Shown here one piece after another: positions 29,288 through 40,134 of a stretch of 64,000 bases of DNA (its first letter is position 1; each line of letters begins with the position of its first letter). The notes under the pieces are model-generated. The model was not told where the DNA came from. It ran no database searches and was given only the letters and a program-made list of their open reading frames with translations. The stretch comes from an uncultured Bacteroidota bacterium (lineage in GTDB: Bacteria > Bacteroidota > Bacteroidia > UBA4408): assembly GCA_903831265.1 (NCBI GenBank), contig CAIKXD010000028.1, positions 9,414 through 73,413 of the forward strand, in the 5' to 3' direction. The position numbers and the translations under genes are program-made.

Positions 29288-30088
29288 TTATTTCACCAAC
29301 ACATCATTTTTGTAGTTCTGTGTGCTAATTATTTTGCCAGTTTTATCATACTCTTTCCACGCGCCATTTTTTTTATCGTTTAAATAAGGACCAACAATCT
29401 TAATTGTTTTTCCATCCTCAAAATACTCTACATAATCGCCATTCATGGCGTTGCCTTTATAAATTGTTACCGTATTTAAAGCACCATCTTCGCCAAAATA
29501 TGTCTTTTGCGGACCTTCTAAACTTCCTGAAACATAATTATATTCTATGCTTAACTTACCTTTATCGGTATACCATTTTGTTACACCATTTCGCTTATCA
29601 TTAATATAAATGGTTTCTTCCTGCAATTTACCGTTTTGATAAAAAACTTTTTTTGGACCATTCATTACTCCGTTTAAATACTCTTGCTCCATCTCTACTT
29701 TTCCGTGATCAAAATAAAGTTTGTATGAGCCGTCAATCTTATCATTCTTATAAAAGCATTGTTTTCTAATTTTTCCACCGGCTTTTATATCAACGCTTAA
29801 TCCATTTTTTAAACCGGCATCATATTCTTCTAGTTTGTTAAGCATGCCATCAGCAAAATAAGTTTTAAAAGCGCCTTGTTTTTTATCATTCACATAAAAT
29901 CCATCTGTTTTAACATTGCCTACAATTTCGCGCCAAAAGCCCTGTTTTAAGCCATTTTTATCTATTTTATTGATACTGGTATCTGTAGTTGTTTTAATAT
30001 TGTTTGCCTCATTAACTGCAGTTGGCGTTTGAGCATAAGCAGCGCCAGCCACAAAAATTATTGTTGCAATTGAGCATAACTTTTTCAT
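29288..30088 (-). CDS. MORN-variant repeat (YwqK-like) secreted protein
   Basis: It has a signal peptide and repeated G.W..Y..GK...E..Y.NGK..G units (about seven). The protein is 266 aa. Confidence 0.65.
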   Translation of the reverse strand: MKKLCSIATIIFVAGAAYAQTPTAVNEANNIKTTTDTSINKIDKNGLKQGFWREIVGNVKTDGFYVNDKKQGAFKTYFADGMLNKLEEYDAGLKNGLSVDIKAGGKIRKQCFYKNDKIDGSYKLYFDHGKVEMEQEYLNGVMNGPKKVFYQNGKLQEETIYINDKRNGVTKWYTDKGKLSIEYNYVSGSLEGPQKTYFGEDGALNTVTIYKGNAMNGDYVEYFEDGKTIKIVGPYLNDKKNGAWKEYDKTGKIISTQNYKNDVLVK

Positions 30089-30119
30089 ATCAATACATTT
30101 AAATTATTTAAACAAAAAA

Positions 30120-30827
30120 TTACTTTGAAAATCTCATTTGAATAACGCCTAAAATGGCTTCTTTAAAGATACCTTTACTCATTTTAGATTCACCAGCAGT
30201 GCGATCGGTAAAGGTTATTGGAACTTCTTTTATTTTAAAACCTGCTTTTTTCACTTTGTATTTCATCTCAATTTGAAAAGCATAACCTATAAATTTTATG
30301 GCATCCAAATTAATTGATTCTAACACATTTCTTTTGTAACATTTAAATCCTGCAGTAGTGTCGTGTATATTAATCCATAAAACAATACGAACATATAAAG
30401 AAGCAAAATAGCTCATCAATATGCGATCTATAGGCCAATTAACAACTTTTCCTCCTTTAACATATCTTGAACCAATCGATAAGTCGGCACCATCTTTTGC
30501 ACACGCATTAAACAGGTTTACTAAATCATCAGGATTATGAGAAAAATCACAATCCATTTCAAAAATATAATCGAATTTGTGCTCAATAGCATACTTGAAC
30601 CCTGCAATATAGGCAGTGCCTAAACCAAGTTTACCTTTTCTTTCTAATAGGTGAAGTTTTTTTCCAAACTCGTTTTGCAGATTTTGTACAATTTGCGCAG
30701 TTCCATCTGGCGAGCCATCATCAACAATCAACAATTCAAAAGCCACAGGTAGCGAAAACACTTTACGCACCATGCGTTCTATGTTTTCTTTTTCGTTGTA
30801 GGTTGGTATAATTACCAGATTGCTCAA
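30120..30827 (-). CDS. GT2 polyprenol-phosphate (dolichyl-phosphate) mannosyltransferase-like glycosyltransferase
   Basis: VIIPTYNEKENI...LLIVDDGSPDGT...DCDFSH is the DPM1-like GT2 signature. The protein is 235 aa. Confidence 0.8.
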   Translation of the reverse strand: MSNLVIIPTYNEKENIERMVRKVFSLPVAFELLIVDDGSPDGTAQIVQNLQNEFGKKLHLLERKGKLGLGTAYIAGFKYAIEHKFDYIFEMDCDFSHNPDDLVNLFNACAKDGADLSIGSRYVKGGKVVNWPIDRILMSYFASLYVRIVLWINIHDTTAGFKCYKRNVLESINLDAIKFIGYAFQIEMKYKVKKAGFKIKEVPITFTDRTAGESKMSKGIFKEAILGVIQMRFSK

Positions 30828-30926
30828 TTGGTGCTAATTTAGTTTTTACAAACCTATATTAATTCACATAATTAAACAATAGAAAAAAAATCTTTTTAGG
30901 AATATTAACGTACAATTACTATCTTT

Positions 30927-31322
30927 ATGGTAATGAAGCCTATTTTAATCATAGTTTATACGTTATTGTTTGCACCATTTTATGAACGGGATGTTTTGCC
31001 CACGCAACAAAAAACACAAAGTTTATATCAGGCAAAAGGAAAGGCCAGCTACTACGCCGATAAATTTAATGGCAGAAAAACTTCTAGTGGTGAAAGATTT
31101 AATAATGATAGCTTAACTGCCGCGCACAAATACCTGCCATTTGGCACTTTAGTAATTGTTACAAACCTTAAAAATGATTCGGTAGTGGTGGTAAGAATTA
31201 ACGACCGCTTGCCAAAAAAATCGACAAGAACTATTGATCTAACCAAAGCTGCAGCGCGCAAACTTAACTTTATAAGTAGTGGTATAACACAAGTTTATAT
31301 TAAGGAAAAAGTAAAATATTAA
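30927..31322 (+). CDS. RlpA-like double-psi beta-barrel (septal ring lytic transglycosylase RlpA family) protein
   Basis: GKASYYADKFNGRKTSSGERF...AAHKYLPFGTLVIVTNLKNDSVVVVRINDRLP is the DPBB/RlpA signature. Confidence 0.75.
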   Translation: MVMKPILIIVYTLLFAPFYERDVLPTQQKTQSLYQAKGKASYYADKFNGRKTSSGERFNNDSLTAAHKYLPFGTLVIVTNLKNDSVVVVRINDRLPKKSTRTIDLTKAAARKLNFISSGITQVYIKEKVKY

Positions 31323-31409
31323 CTTTATTAACTATGTGCTTTTAATTAATTATTTAAATACACAAAACAGGATTGTATAATTGAATTACCTTGCTGCTAT
31401 ATTTTTTTA

Positions 31410-34043
31410 ATGAAAAACCCTAATTTAAAAACCTTTTCTAAAAGTATTATTTGCAGTTTTCTTTTGACTATTTCTATGTTTACGTGGAATTGTAAAAGCA
31501 TAAGACACGGAAATGAAAAAGGAAAATTAAATGCTTATATTGATACTACAGACCTCGATTATCAATCTAGTTTTCCAATATACCGCGAAACTCCAAAACG
31601 AGTTAACGATATTATTCATACAAAACTCGATTTAAAATTTGATATGCCTAAGGCCGTTGTTTATGGGAAGGCTACAATTACGTTTAAACCATATTTTTAT
31701 AGCGTATCAACTATTGAATTAAATGCTATTGGATTTCAAATTAACAACATTGCCGGTTTGGGCCAGTTAAGTGGCAAAGATTTGAAATACAATTATGATG
31801 GTAAAAATTTAATTATTGATTTAGGTAAAACATATACTTCAAAAGACACTCTAAGTATTTTTATTGATTATGTTGCTAAACCTGATGAGCAAATGCAAGG
31901 CGCCAGTGATGCAATTGTTAGCGATAAAGGATTATATTTTATTAATAAAGATGGCAGCCAACCGGGGTTTCCTACCCAAATTTGGTCGCAAGGCGAAACA
32001 CAGGCCAATAGCAAATGGTTTCCTACTATTGATGCGCCCAACGAGCGTATGACCCAAGAAATATTATTAACTGTAAATAAAAAATACACCACCCTTTCAA
32101 ACGGATTGTTGCTTTCTCAAAAAGAAAATGAAGATGGCACACGTACTGATTATTGGAAACAATCTTTACCTGCTGCGCCCTATTTAACAATGATAGCAGT
32201 AGGCGAATATGGAATTGTTAAGGACAGGTATAAAAACATAGAAGTTTCTTATTATTTAGAGCCTCAGTATGTAAAGTATGCCAAACAAATTTTTGGTGAT
32301 ACCCCAGAAATGATTTCGTATTTTTCTAATTTATTAGGTGTTGAATATCCATGGGAAAAGTATGCGCAAATTGCGGTGCGAGATTATGTGTCTGGCGCCA
32401 TGGAAAATACAACCGCAACGGTGTTTGGCGATGATATTCAAAGAACAGAAAAAGAACTTTTAGATGCCACTGGGGTGGATATTATTGCACATGAACTTTT
32501 TCACCAATGGTTTGGAAATTTGGTAACCTGCGAAAGCTGGAGTAACTTACCATTGAATGAATCATTCGCTAATTACTCTGAGTATATCTGGCTTTCACAT
32601 AAATATGGTAAAGATGAAGGCGATGAACATTTGCAAAAAGACCTAGAAATTTATCTTAACGAGTCAAAGATGAAACAGGCCAACCTTATTCGTTTTTATT
32701 ATAATGATAAAGAGGAAATGTTTGATGGACACAGTTATAGCAAAGGCGGTAGAGTGCTACACATGCTTAGAAATTATGTTGGCGATGAAGCCTTTTTTGC
32801 ATCCTTAAAATTATATTTAAATACTAAAAGATTTAACTCAGCAGAAATAGCTGATTTAAGATTGGCCTTTGAATCAGTAACTGGCGAAGACCTCAATTGG
32901 TTTTTTGACCAATGGTTTATGTCAAGTGGCCACCCAGAAATTGCTGTTAATAGTTACTATAATGATACCACAAAACAAATTGTATTAAACGTTCGTCAAA
33001 ATCAAAACTTTTCGTTTGCACCTTTGTATAAAATTCCACTTGTTGTTGATGTATACAGTGCTAATGGCAAAGTAAGACATCCAATTACAATCTCTAAACA
33101 GGAAGAAATTTTTTACTTCGATTCAAAGGTTAAACCCAATTTAGTTGAATTTGATGCAGAGCACATGCTACTTGCAGTAATTAGTGAAGTTAAATCAAAC
33201 GAAGAGTGGATTTATCAATATAAAAATTGCCCTACTTTTTTTGCAAGAAGCGAAGCCATAAAAAATTTAAGTGGGCAAAAAGGAAAGCAGATTTACGATT
33301 GTATTTTAAGTGCTACAAATGATAAATATCATGGCATTAGAGCGCAAGCTGCAGAGGCTTTGTCGGAAAATTTTACGAAAGAAAATACAACACAATTAAA
33401 GCAAACTTTTTTAACTATGGCTTTAAAGGAAGAAAAGTCGTATTTAAGGTCTTATGCGCTAAAATATTGGTATAAGCTTGCAAAAGAGGATGAGAATATA
33501 AAAGAAATACTTGTAAACGCCACTAATGATAAATCTTTTTTAGTGCAAACTATGGCACTGTCTTTATTAAATAAAACAGATCAGGATTTGGGCTTTGAAA
33601 TGGCCAAGAAATTTGAGAGTGAAACCAATACGAACATGGTAAGCGAAATTTCGAGAATTTATGCCGATTTAGGCTCTGATAAAGAAAACGAATACTTTGT
33701 AAAAAACTATAATAGAATTTCTGGTTTTGAAAAGTATGACTTCATAGAACTTTACGGAAAATATCTTTTAGGCAGAAGTGATGATGTAATTAATATTGGG
33801 GTTAAGCTTTTAGAGCGCGAAGCCCGCAACAATAATATTTGGTTTATAAAATTAAATGCGGTAAACAAACTAAATCAAATTATTGATATGTATACACAGC
33901 GCGAGCAAGAATTGAAAGATAAAACAGATAAGCAAAACCTGTATCAATCAACTATCCTGCAAAAAGAGAAAATTAAAAATATACTCTCCGATATTAAGAA
34001 GGCCGAAAACAACGAAAATTTGATTAAGATTTATAAGAATTAG
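31410..34043 (+). CDS. M1 family aminopeptidase (aminopeptidase N-like)
   Basis: It carries a GAMEN-like exopeptidase motif and the HELFHQWFGNLVT...18x...ESFANYSE gluzincin zinc site. The C-terminus is HEAT/ARM-like. The protein is 877 aa. Confidence 0.9.
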   Translation: MKNPNLKTFSKSIICSFLLTISMFTWNCKSIRHGNEKGKLNAYIDTTDLDYQSSFPIYRETPKRVNDIIHTKLDLKFDMPKAVVYGKATITFKPYFYSVSTIELNAIGFQINNIAGLGQLSGKDLKYNYDGKNLIIDLGKTYTSKDTLSIFIDYVAKPDEQMQGASDAIVSDKGLYFINKDGSQPGFPTQIWSQGETQANSKWFPTIDAPNERMTQEILLTVNKKYTTLSNGLLLSQKENEDGTRTDYWKQSLPAAPYLTMIAVGEYGIVKDRYKNIEVSYYLEPQYVKYAKQIFGDTPEMISYFSNLLGVEYPWEKYAQIAVRDYVSGAMENTTATVFGDDIQRTEKELLDATGVDIIAHELFHQWFGNLVTCESWSNLPLNESFANYSEYIWLSHKYGKDEGDEHLQKDLEIYLNESKMKQANLIRFYYNDKEEMFDGHSYSKGGRVLHMLRNYVGDEAFFASLKLYLNTKRFNSAEIADLRLAFESVTGEDLNWFFDQWFMSSGHPEIAVNSYYNDTTKQIVLNVRQNQNFSFAPLYKIPLVVDVYSANGKVRHPITISKQEEIFYFDSKVKPNLVEFDAEHMLLAVISEVKSNEEWIYQYKNCPTFFARSEAIKNLSGQKGKQIYDCILSATNDKYHGIRAQAAEALSENFTKENTTQLKQTFLTMALKEEKSYLRSYALKYWYKLAKEDENIKEILVNATNDKSFLVQTMALSLLNKTDQDLGFEMAKKFESETNTNMVSEISRIYADLGSDKENEYFVKNYNRISGFEKYDFIELYGKYLLGRSDDVINIGVKLLEREARNNNIWFIKLNAVNKLNQIIDMYTQREQELKDKTDKQNLYQSTILQKEKIKNILSDIKKAENNENLIKIYKN

Positions 34044-35079
34044 CAATGACCTTTGCTCCTATCTTCATAAAATAAAGTTCAAAGTATTTATGTACCAATT
34101 TACTAATAACAAGTGTTAGCGTAATGCCTAGCATAATCAGTAAAGTATTATCGTTAGGAAAAATATAATAAGGCTGAAGCTTTCTAATTAAAATACATAA
34201 CAGCTGGTAAACAATGGGATGTAAAAGGTAAACACCAAAACTTATTTCTCCTAATTGTTGCAGTGTTTGATCAAGTAGTTTGGGCAATGCCAATTCTATT
34301 TTATAAAACCCAATGCAAATGAGAATAGCGCCTATGGTAAAAATCCAACGTTTTAAGCCATACAACAAATGAATACCATCTTTACCAGATGGAAAGCAAA
34401 ACAACATTATTGCTCCAATTAAAATAGCCAAAACAGCGGTAGTGTTTACTATTTTTTGTTTAAATAACACCGGAATTAATAACCCCACATAAAATAAAAA
34501 CAAATGATTTAGAGGGTTTACATAATTAGTCCACTGGTTATGCAAGCTATCATTTGGATTAAATATATAAAACGCAAAATAATGATAGATAAGCATAAAA
34601 ATTACCCCAATCAGGCTAAAATAAATGCGACTTTTATTCAATAAAAAAATTAAAAACGGAAAGAAAAGATAAAACACTAATTCATTACCAATACTCCATG
34701 AACCTGCGGCAATGTATCCATCCCATAAAAAAATACTAAACACACCGCTAACATTCAAAAGTAATTTTGCGACACTTACTTTTTTTAATGCTACTATTAA
34801 AGAGAGGGCAATACTCAACCAAAACAATGGAAAAATTCTAAAAAAACGTTTCGTAAAATAATTTGCTAAAGATGTTTTTTTGAGATCTAAATTGGCATTG
34901 TAAACATGAAATAAGGTAATACCGCTTAGTATATAAAATATCTCAACACCGTATACACTTAATCTGCCAATAAAAGATTGCGCGCCATCGTATACATGTA
35001 ACCATTTCATAAAATGATAGCACATAATGCTTAAGGCTGCAAGACCTCTTAAATAATCAAGTTCCTTTATTCTAACCAT
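34024..35079 (-). CDS. Acyltransferase family 3 (OafA-like) integral membrane protein
   Basis: It is a 351-aa polytopic membrane protein. The N-terminal ...LDYLRGLAALSIM...H motif matches acyltransferase_3. Its 3' end overlaps the aminopeptidase gene by 20 nt (convergent). Confidence 0.65.
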   Translation of the reverse strand: MVRIKELDYLRGLAALSIMCYHFMKWLHVYDGAQSFIGRLSVYGVEIFYILSGITLFHVYNANLDLKKTSLANYFTKRFFRIFPLFWLSIALSLIVALKKVSVAKLLLNVSGVFSIFLWDGYIAAGSWSIGNELVFYLFFPFLIFLLNKSRIYFSLIGVIFMLIYHYFAFYIFNPNDSLHNQWTNYVNPLNHLFLFYVGLLIPVLFKQKIVNTTAVLAILIGAIMLFCFPSGKDGIHLLYGLKRWIFTIGAILICIGFYKIELALPKLLDQTLQQLGEISFGVYLLHPIVYQLLCILIRKLQPYYIFPNDNTLLIMLGITLTLVISKLVHKYFELYFMKIGAKVIANSYKS

Positions 35080-35242
35080 TAAAACAAATACAAGTTAACA
35101 CCAATAGTTTAAAACACGAAGCTATTAAAATGAAGTGAATAATTGTGTTTAAAAATTATCAATTACTTAACATACAATTGAGTCAATTACTTTAAATTTA
35201 GGGTGTTCTTAATTATAATATTTACCAACCATTTAAAACTAC

Positions 35243-36577
35243 ATGGCAATGGCTAAAAAGAAAGAAAAAAAAGTGTTTGTATTAGACACTTCCGTTTTGC
35301 TTTTTGATCACCGATCAATTAAAAACTTTGCCGAGCATGATGTGGCAATTCCAATAACAGTTTTAGAAGAAGTTGACCGTTTTAAAAAAGGCAATGATGT
35401 TATTAATTTCGAAGCACGTGAATTTATTCGCATGCTAGATGAGCTATCGCAAAGTAACTCTTTGCAAGATTGGTTGCCCATTAACGGAACAGCGAAAGGC
35501 AAATTTAAAGTGCAGATGAATGAAAAAAGCCGGAAAGATGCTAATCAAATTTTTGGAGAGAAAAAAGCAGACCACAATATTTTGAATGCCGCCATGCAGC
35601 TGGCAGAAGAGCGCAGCGATTGCACAGTAATTTTAGTAACTAAAGATATTAATTTGCGCTTAAAAGCACGCTCTTTAAATATTGTTGCCGAAGATTATGA
35701 AACTGGAAAAGTAAAAGATATCGACCAGCTTTATAAAGGTAACACCACATTAAGTGTTGCGCAAAGCACCATCACAAAAATTTATACTGCCGGCTATTGC
35801 TCACTTAAAGATGTAAAACTTAAAAGTGCTATTGCTAATCATTTTTACACCTTAAAAAATGGTGATGCTTCGGCCATTGTTTATTATAACGATGATACAA
35901 AGCAATTGGAGCGTATTAATAAAGAAAATGCTTATGGCATAAAGCCTAGAAATGTAGAGCAAGCTTTTGCCTTGCATGCTGTGTTAAATCCTAAAGTACT
36001 TTTAGTAACTATTCAAGGTATTGCGGGTACAGGTAAAACCTTGCTGGCATTGGCCGGTGCAATGGCACAAAAACAAAATTTTCATCAAATATATTTAGCA
36101 CGACCAATTGTTCCATTAAGCAACAAGGATATTGGATTTTTACCTGGCGATATAAAGGCCAAAATAAATCCATACATGGAGCCACTTTGGGATAATTTAA
36201 AATTGATACAAAATCAATTTAAGGAAACGGATAAAGAGTACCAAAAAATTAGGGAAATGGTAGAAAAAGAAAAGTTGCATATTACTCCACTGGCCTATAT
36301 AAGAGGCAGAAGTTTAAGCAACATTATTTTTATTATAGATGAGGCGCAAAACCTAACACCGCATGAGGTTAAGACCATTATTACTAGAGCAGGAGAAAAT
36401 ACAAAAATTATCTTTACAGGAGATATTTTTCAAATAGATACCCCATACTTGGATACACATAGTAATGGACTTTCTTATTTAATTGATAAAATGAAAAATC
36501 ATCCTTTGTATGCACACATGACCCTTGAAAAAGGCGAACGCTCAGAATTGGCCAATGTTGCTAGTTTAATGCTGTAA
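35243..36577 (+). CDS. PhoH-like ATPase with an N-terminal PIN domain (YlaK-like)
   Basis: The N-terminal VFVLDTSVLL is PIN-like. A Walker A motif is present (GIAGTGKTLLALA) with a PhoH C-terminal region. The protein is 444 aa. Confidence 0.85.
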   Translation: MAMAKKKEKKVFVLDTSVLLFDHRSIKNFAEHDVAIPITVLEEVDRFKKGNDVINFEAREFIRMLDELSQSNSLQDWLPINGTAKGKFKVQMNEKSRKDANQIFGEKKADHNILNAAMQLAEERSDCTVILVTKDINLRLKARSLNIVAEDYETGKVKDIDQLYKGNTTLSVAQSTITKIYTAGYCSLKDVKLKSAIANHFYTLKNGDASAIVYYNDDTKQLERINKENAYGIKPRNVEQAFALHAVLNPKVLLVTIQGIAGTGKTLLALAGAMAQKQNFHQIYLARPIVPLSNKDIGFLPGDIKAKINPYMEPLWDNLKLIQNQFKETDKEYQKIREMVEKEKLHITPLAYIRGRSLSNIIFIIDEAQNLTPHEVKTIITRAGENTKIIFTGDIFQIDTPYLDTHSNGLSYLIDKMKNHPLYAHMTLEKGERSELANVASLML

Positions 36578-36652
36578 TTTAATGATTTGGTTTTATTGAA
36601 TATATTACCTTTGCACCCTAAACAAAAATGCAAATAATTTGCTTATTGGGGT

Positions 36653-39600
36653 ATGGATATTGAATCGTTAAAGCAAATATATAGTAAGAGCAATCAGGTT
36701 TCAGAACTAGCAGCTTATCTTAAAAATAGTGCGCAATGCAATGTGCAGTTAAAGGGATTGGCAGGAAGTGCTATTGCTTTTATTGGCAATGCAGTAATCG
36801 AAACCCTTCAAGGAACTCATCTTTTTATTTTACCTGATAAGGAGCAAGCAGCTTACGTTTTTAACGATTTAGAAAATTTAATTGGCAAAGAAAAAGTATT
36901 GTTTTTTCCAATGAGTTATAAAAAACCATACGAGCCAGAAACAATTGACAATGCCAATGTTTTATTCAGGTCAGAGGTATTAAACCATCTTACAAATATT
37001 CATCAAACCTCTATTATAGTTACTTATCCGCACGCACTGTTCGAAAAAGTAGTTACCAAAAAACATTTAACCGAAAACACTTTTCATCTCAAACGAAAAG
37101 AAAAAGTTGATTTAGATTTTATGTTCTCTTTTTTAGAAGAGTATGGCTTCGATAGAGTAGATTTTGTGGTTCAACCGGGCGAATTTAGTGTACGCGGTGG
37201 TATTATTGATGTATTTTCTTTTAGTAATGATTATCCTTATCGTATCGAGTTTTTTGATGACGAGGTAGAAAGCATAAGAACCTTTGATACCGCCTCACAA
37301 TTATCTGTGGCGCATTTCGATTTTATAAGTATCATTCCTAATATCAGCGAAAAGTTATTGATTGAAAGAAGGGCTTCTTTTTTAGAATTTATTTCATCAG
37401 AAACTGCTATTTGGGTAAGTCATTTAGATCACTCAGCTGATTTATTGCAAAAGTCTTTTGAAGCCGCTGAAGCTGCGCATTTAAAGGCAGAGCAAGGCAT
37501 TATAAAGCAATTGCCACCGCATGAATTATTTATTGATAAAGCTATTTTTCTTGAATCAATAACAAGATTTAGAAACATAGAATTTGGAAATCAAAGTGTA
37601 CTTAATTTCGATAAAGTATTTGAATTTAGTTTTTCGCCACAACCTAGCTTTAATAAAAATTTTGAACTACTTATTTCTAATTTAAAAAGCAATTTAGAAC
37701 AAAAAATTACCAATTTGCTTTTTGCAGATACACCTAAGCAAACAGAACGTTTATTAAGTATTTTAGAAGATGTAAATGCATCGCAAGGCAAGCGATTTTC
37801 GAGCGATGAAGTAACGCCAATTTTACTTTCTTTAAGCGAGGGTTTTATTGATAACAATTTAAAAATTGCTTGTTACACCGATCACCAAATATTTAATCGA
37901 TATCATCGATATAAATTAAAAGACCAGTTTAAAAGCAAGAGCGAAGCACTTACATTAAAAGAGCTTAAATCGCTTAATCCTGGCGACTTTGTAACTCATA
38001 TCGACCATGGTGTTGGTCGCTTTGCTGGGCTCGAAAAAATTGATGTTAACGGAAAACAACAAGAAGCCATAAGATTGGTTTATCGCGACAATGATATTTT
38101 ATATGTAAGCATTCAATCTTTGCATCGTATTGCTAAATATAGTGGTCAAGAAGGCACGCTTCCTAAGTTAAATAAGCTTGGCAGTAACACATGGAATGCA
38201 TTAAAACAAAAAACTAAATCTAAAGTAAAAGAAATAGCTTATGATTTAATTAAACTATATGCTAAAAGAAAATCTCAGCAAGGCTTTGAATTTAGTCCTG
38301 ATACTTACCTGCAAACAGAACTTGAAGCTTCTTTTTTATATGAAGATACTCCTGATCAAGTAAAGTCAACTGCTGCTGTTAAAAAGGATATGGAAGCTCC
38401 ATTCCCTATGGACAGATTGATTTGTGGCGATGTTGGTTTTGGAAAAACTGAAATTGCTGTAAGAGCCGCCTTTAAAGCCGTTTGTGATAGTAAACAAGTT
38501 GTAATTTTAGTGCCTACCACTATTCTTGCATTGCAACATTATAAAACATTTAAAGAAAGGTTAAAAGATTTCCCTTGTAATGTTGATTATATCAATCGTT
38601 TTAGAAGCCCTAAAGAACAAAAGGATACGCTTAAAAGAGTGGAAGAGGGCAAAGTTGATATTCTTATAGGCACGCATCGTATTGTAGGAAAAGATGTAAA
38701 GTTTAAAGATCTTGGTTTAATGATTATTGACGAAGAGCAAAAGTTTGGTGTGGCGGTAAAAGACAAACTTAAAACCATCAAATCAAATATTGATACTTTA
38801 ACATTAACTGCAACGCCAATACCGCGTACCCTGCAATTTAGTATGATGGGCGCGCGCGATTTATCAGTTATTGTAACACCGCCACCAAATAGGTATCCTG
38901 TTCAAACTGAGTTGCACACTTTTAACGAAGAAGTAATTCGCGATGCTGTTGCTTACGAAATTTCAAGAGGTGGTCAGGTTTTCTTTGTGCATAATAGAGT
39001 GCAAAATATTCAAGAAGTGGCTGGCATGATTCAACGTTTATGCCCCGATGCACGCGTAATTATTGCACATGGACAAATGGAAGGCGACAAGTTGGAGCAA
39101 GCTATGATGAGTTTTGTAGATGGTTTGTATGATGTACTTGTGGCTACTACTATTATTGAAGCGGGCTTAGATATTAGTAATGCAAACACTATTATTATTA
39201 ATGGCGCCAATTTATTTGGATTAAGCGATTTACATCAAATGCGTGGACGTGTGGGCCGAAGCAATAAAAAGGCTTTTTGTTATTTACTAGCTCCGCCTGC
39301 CAGCATGCTCACCACCGAAGCAAGAAAAAGATTGAAAGCTATTGAAGAGTTTGCCGATTTGGGTTCAGGCTTTAATATTGCTTTGCGCGATTTAGATATT
39401 AGAGGCGCAGGTAATTTACTAGGTGGCGAACAAAGCGGTTTTATTGCCGAAATTGGGTTCGAAATGTATATGAAAATTTTAAATGAAGCCATTGAGGAGC
39501 TAAAAGAAACAGAGTTTAAAAACTTATATGAAGATAGTGATAGCGCACATCAAATGATGCGCAAAGCAGGTGTTAGCGGAGGCAATTTTATAAAAGATTG

Positions 39601-40045
39601 CCAAGTGGATACCGATATGGAAATACTATTTTCTGATGAGTATATTGCCAATATCACCGAAAGAATGAGTTTGTATAAAGAACTCGATGATATGGAAACA
39701 GAAGAACAATTGCAGCTATATGAGAAAAATTTAATTGATAGATTTGGACCTCTGCCAAAACAAGCTAAAGAACTACTTAACGCCATTCGTTTAAGATGGA
39801 TATCCATTGAAATAGGCTTCGAAAAAGTAGTCTTAAAAAACAATAGAATGGTAGGTTTTTTTATTGCTAAACAGGACAGCCCTTTTTATGAAAGTCCAGC
39901 ATTTCATAGAGTAATTGATTTTATGAAGCAACAACCGCATGCCGCAAGACTAAAGGAAACACCTGGCAATAAATTAACAATGGTGTTTGACAGGGTTAGT
40001 AATTTAAATGAAGCGTTACAAGTTTGTAAAAAGATAATTACCTAA
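36653..40045 (+). CDS. mfd: Transcription-repair coupling factor
   Basis: The 1130-aa protein has a UvrB-homology N-terminal region and superfamily 2 helicase motifs (GDVGFGKTEIA, DEEQKFG, HQMRGRVGR). It ends in a TRCF C-terminal domain. Confidence 0.92.
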   Translation: MDIESLKQIYSKSNQVSELAAYLKNSAQCNVQLKGLAGSAIAFIGNAVIETLQGTHLFILPDKEQAAYVFNDLENLIGKEKVLFFPMSYKKPYEPETIDNANVLFRSEVLNHLTNIHQTSIIVTYPHALFEKVVTKKHLTENTFHLKRKEKVDLDFMFSFLEEYGFDRVDFVVQPGEFSVRGGIIDVFSFSNDYPYRIEFFDDEVESIRTFDTASQLSVAHFDFISIIPNISEKLLIERRASFLEFISSETAIWVSHLDHSADLLQKSFEAAEAAHLKAEQGIIKQLPPHELFIDKAIFLESITRFRNIEFGNQSVLNFDKVFEFSFSPQPSFNKNFELLISNLKSNLEQKITNLLFADTPKQTERLLSILEDVNASQGKRFSSDEVTPILLSLSEGFIDNNLKIACYTDHQIFNRYHRYKLKDQFKSKSEALTLKELKSLNPGDFVTHIDHGVGRFAGLEKIDVNGKQQEAIRLVYRDNDILYVSIQSLHRIAKYSGQEGTLPKLNKLGSNTWNALKQKTKSKVKEIAYDLIKLYAKRKSQQGFEFSPDTYLQTELEASFLYEDTPDQVKSTAAVKKDMEAPFPMDRLICGDVGFGKTEIAVRAAFKAVCDSKQVVILVPTTILALQHYKTFKERLKDFPCNVDYINRFRSPKEQKDTLKRVEEGKVDILIGTHRIVGKDVKFKDLGLMIIDEEQKFGVAVKDKLKTIKSNIDTLTLTATPIPRTLQFSMMGARDLSVIVTPPPNRYPVQTELHTFNEEVIRDAVAYEISRGGQVFFVHNRVQNIQEVAGMIQRLCPDARVIIAHGQMEGDKLEQAMMSFVDGLYDVLVATTIIEAGLDISNANTIIINGANLFGLSDLHQMRGRVGRSNKKAFCYLLAPPASMLTTEARKRLKAIEEFADLGSGFNIALRDLDIRGAGNLLGGEQSGFIAEIGFEMYMKILNEAIEELKETEFKNLYEDSDSAHQMMRKAGVSGGNFIKDCQVDTDMEILFSDEYIANITERMSLYKELDDMETEEQLQLYEKNLIDRFGPLPKQAKELLNAIRLRWISIEIGFEKVVLKNNRMVGFFIAKQDSPFYESPAFHRVIDFMKQQPHAARLKETPGNKLTMVFDRVSNLNEALQVCKKIIT

Positions 40046-40134
40046 TTGCATCAATTATTTTTTAACCCAAATTATGCAGCTAGAATCGTTGATCAAAAAG
40101 ATTTTTCAATGATATAAAAAGCTTGCACTGTAAG

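Noticed and set aside
37591-39843. Four minus-strand ORFs (60-100 aa) inside mfd
   Set aside because: They are antisense to a highly conserved housekeeping gene (mfd). Their translations are Ser/Leu-rich noise.
40046-40134. A possible terminator between the convergent mfd and mutS genes
   Set aside because: The A/T-rich sequence (atcaaaaagatttttcaatgat) has no convincing complementary stem. No call was made.
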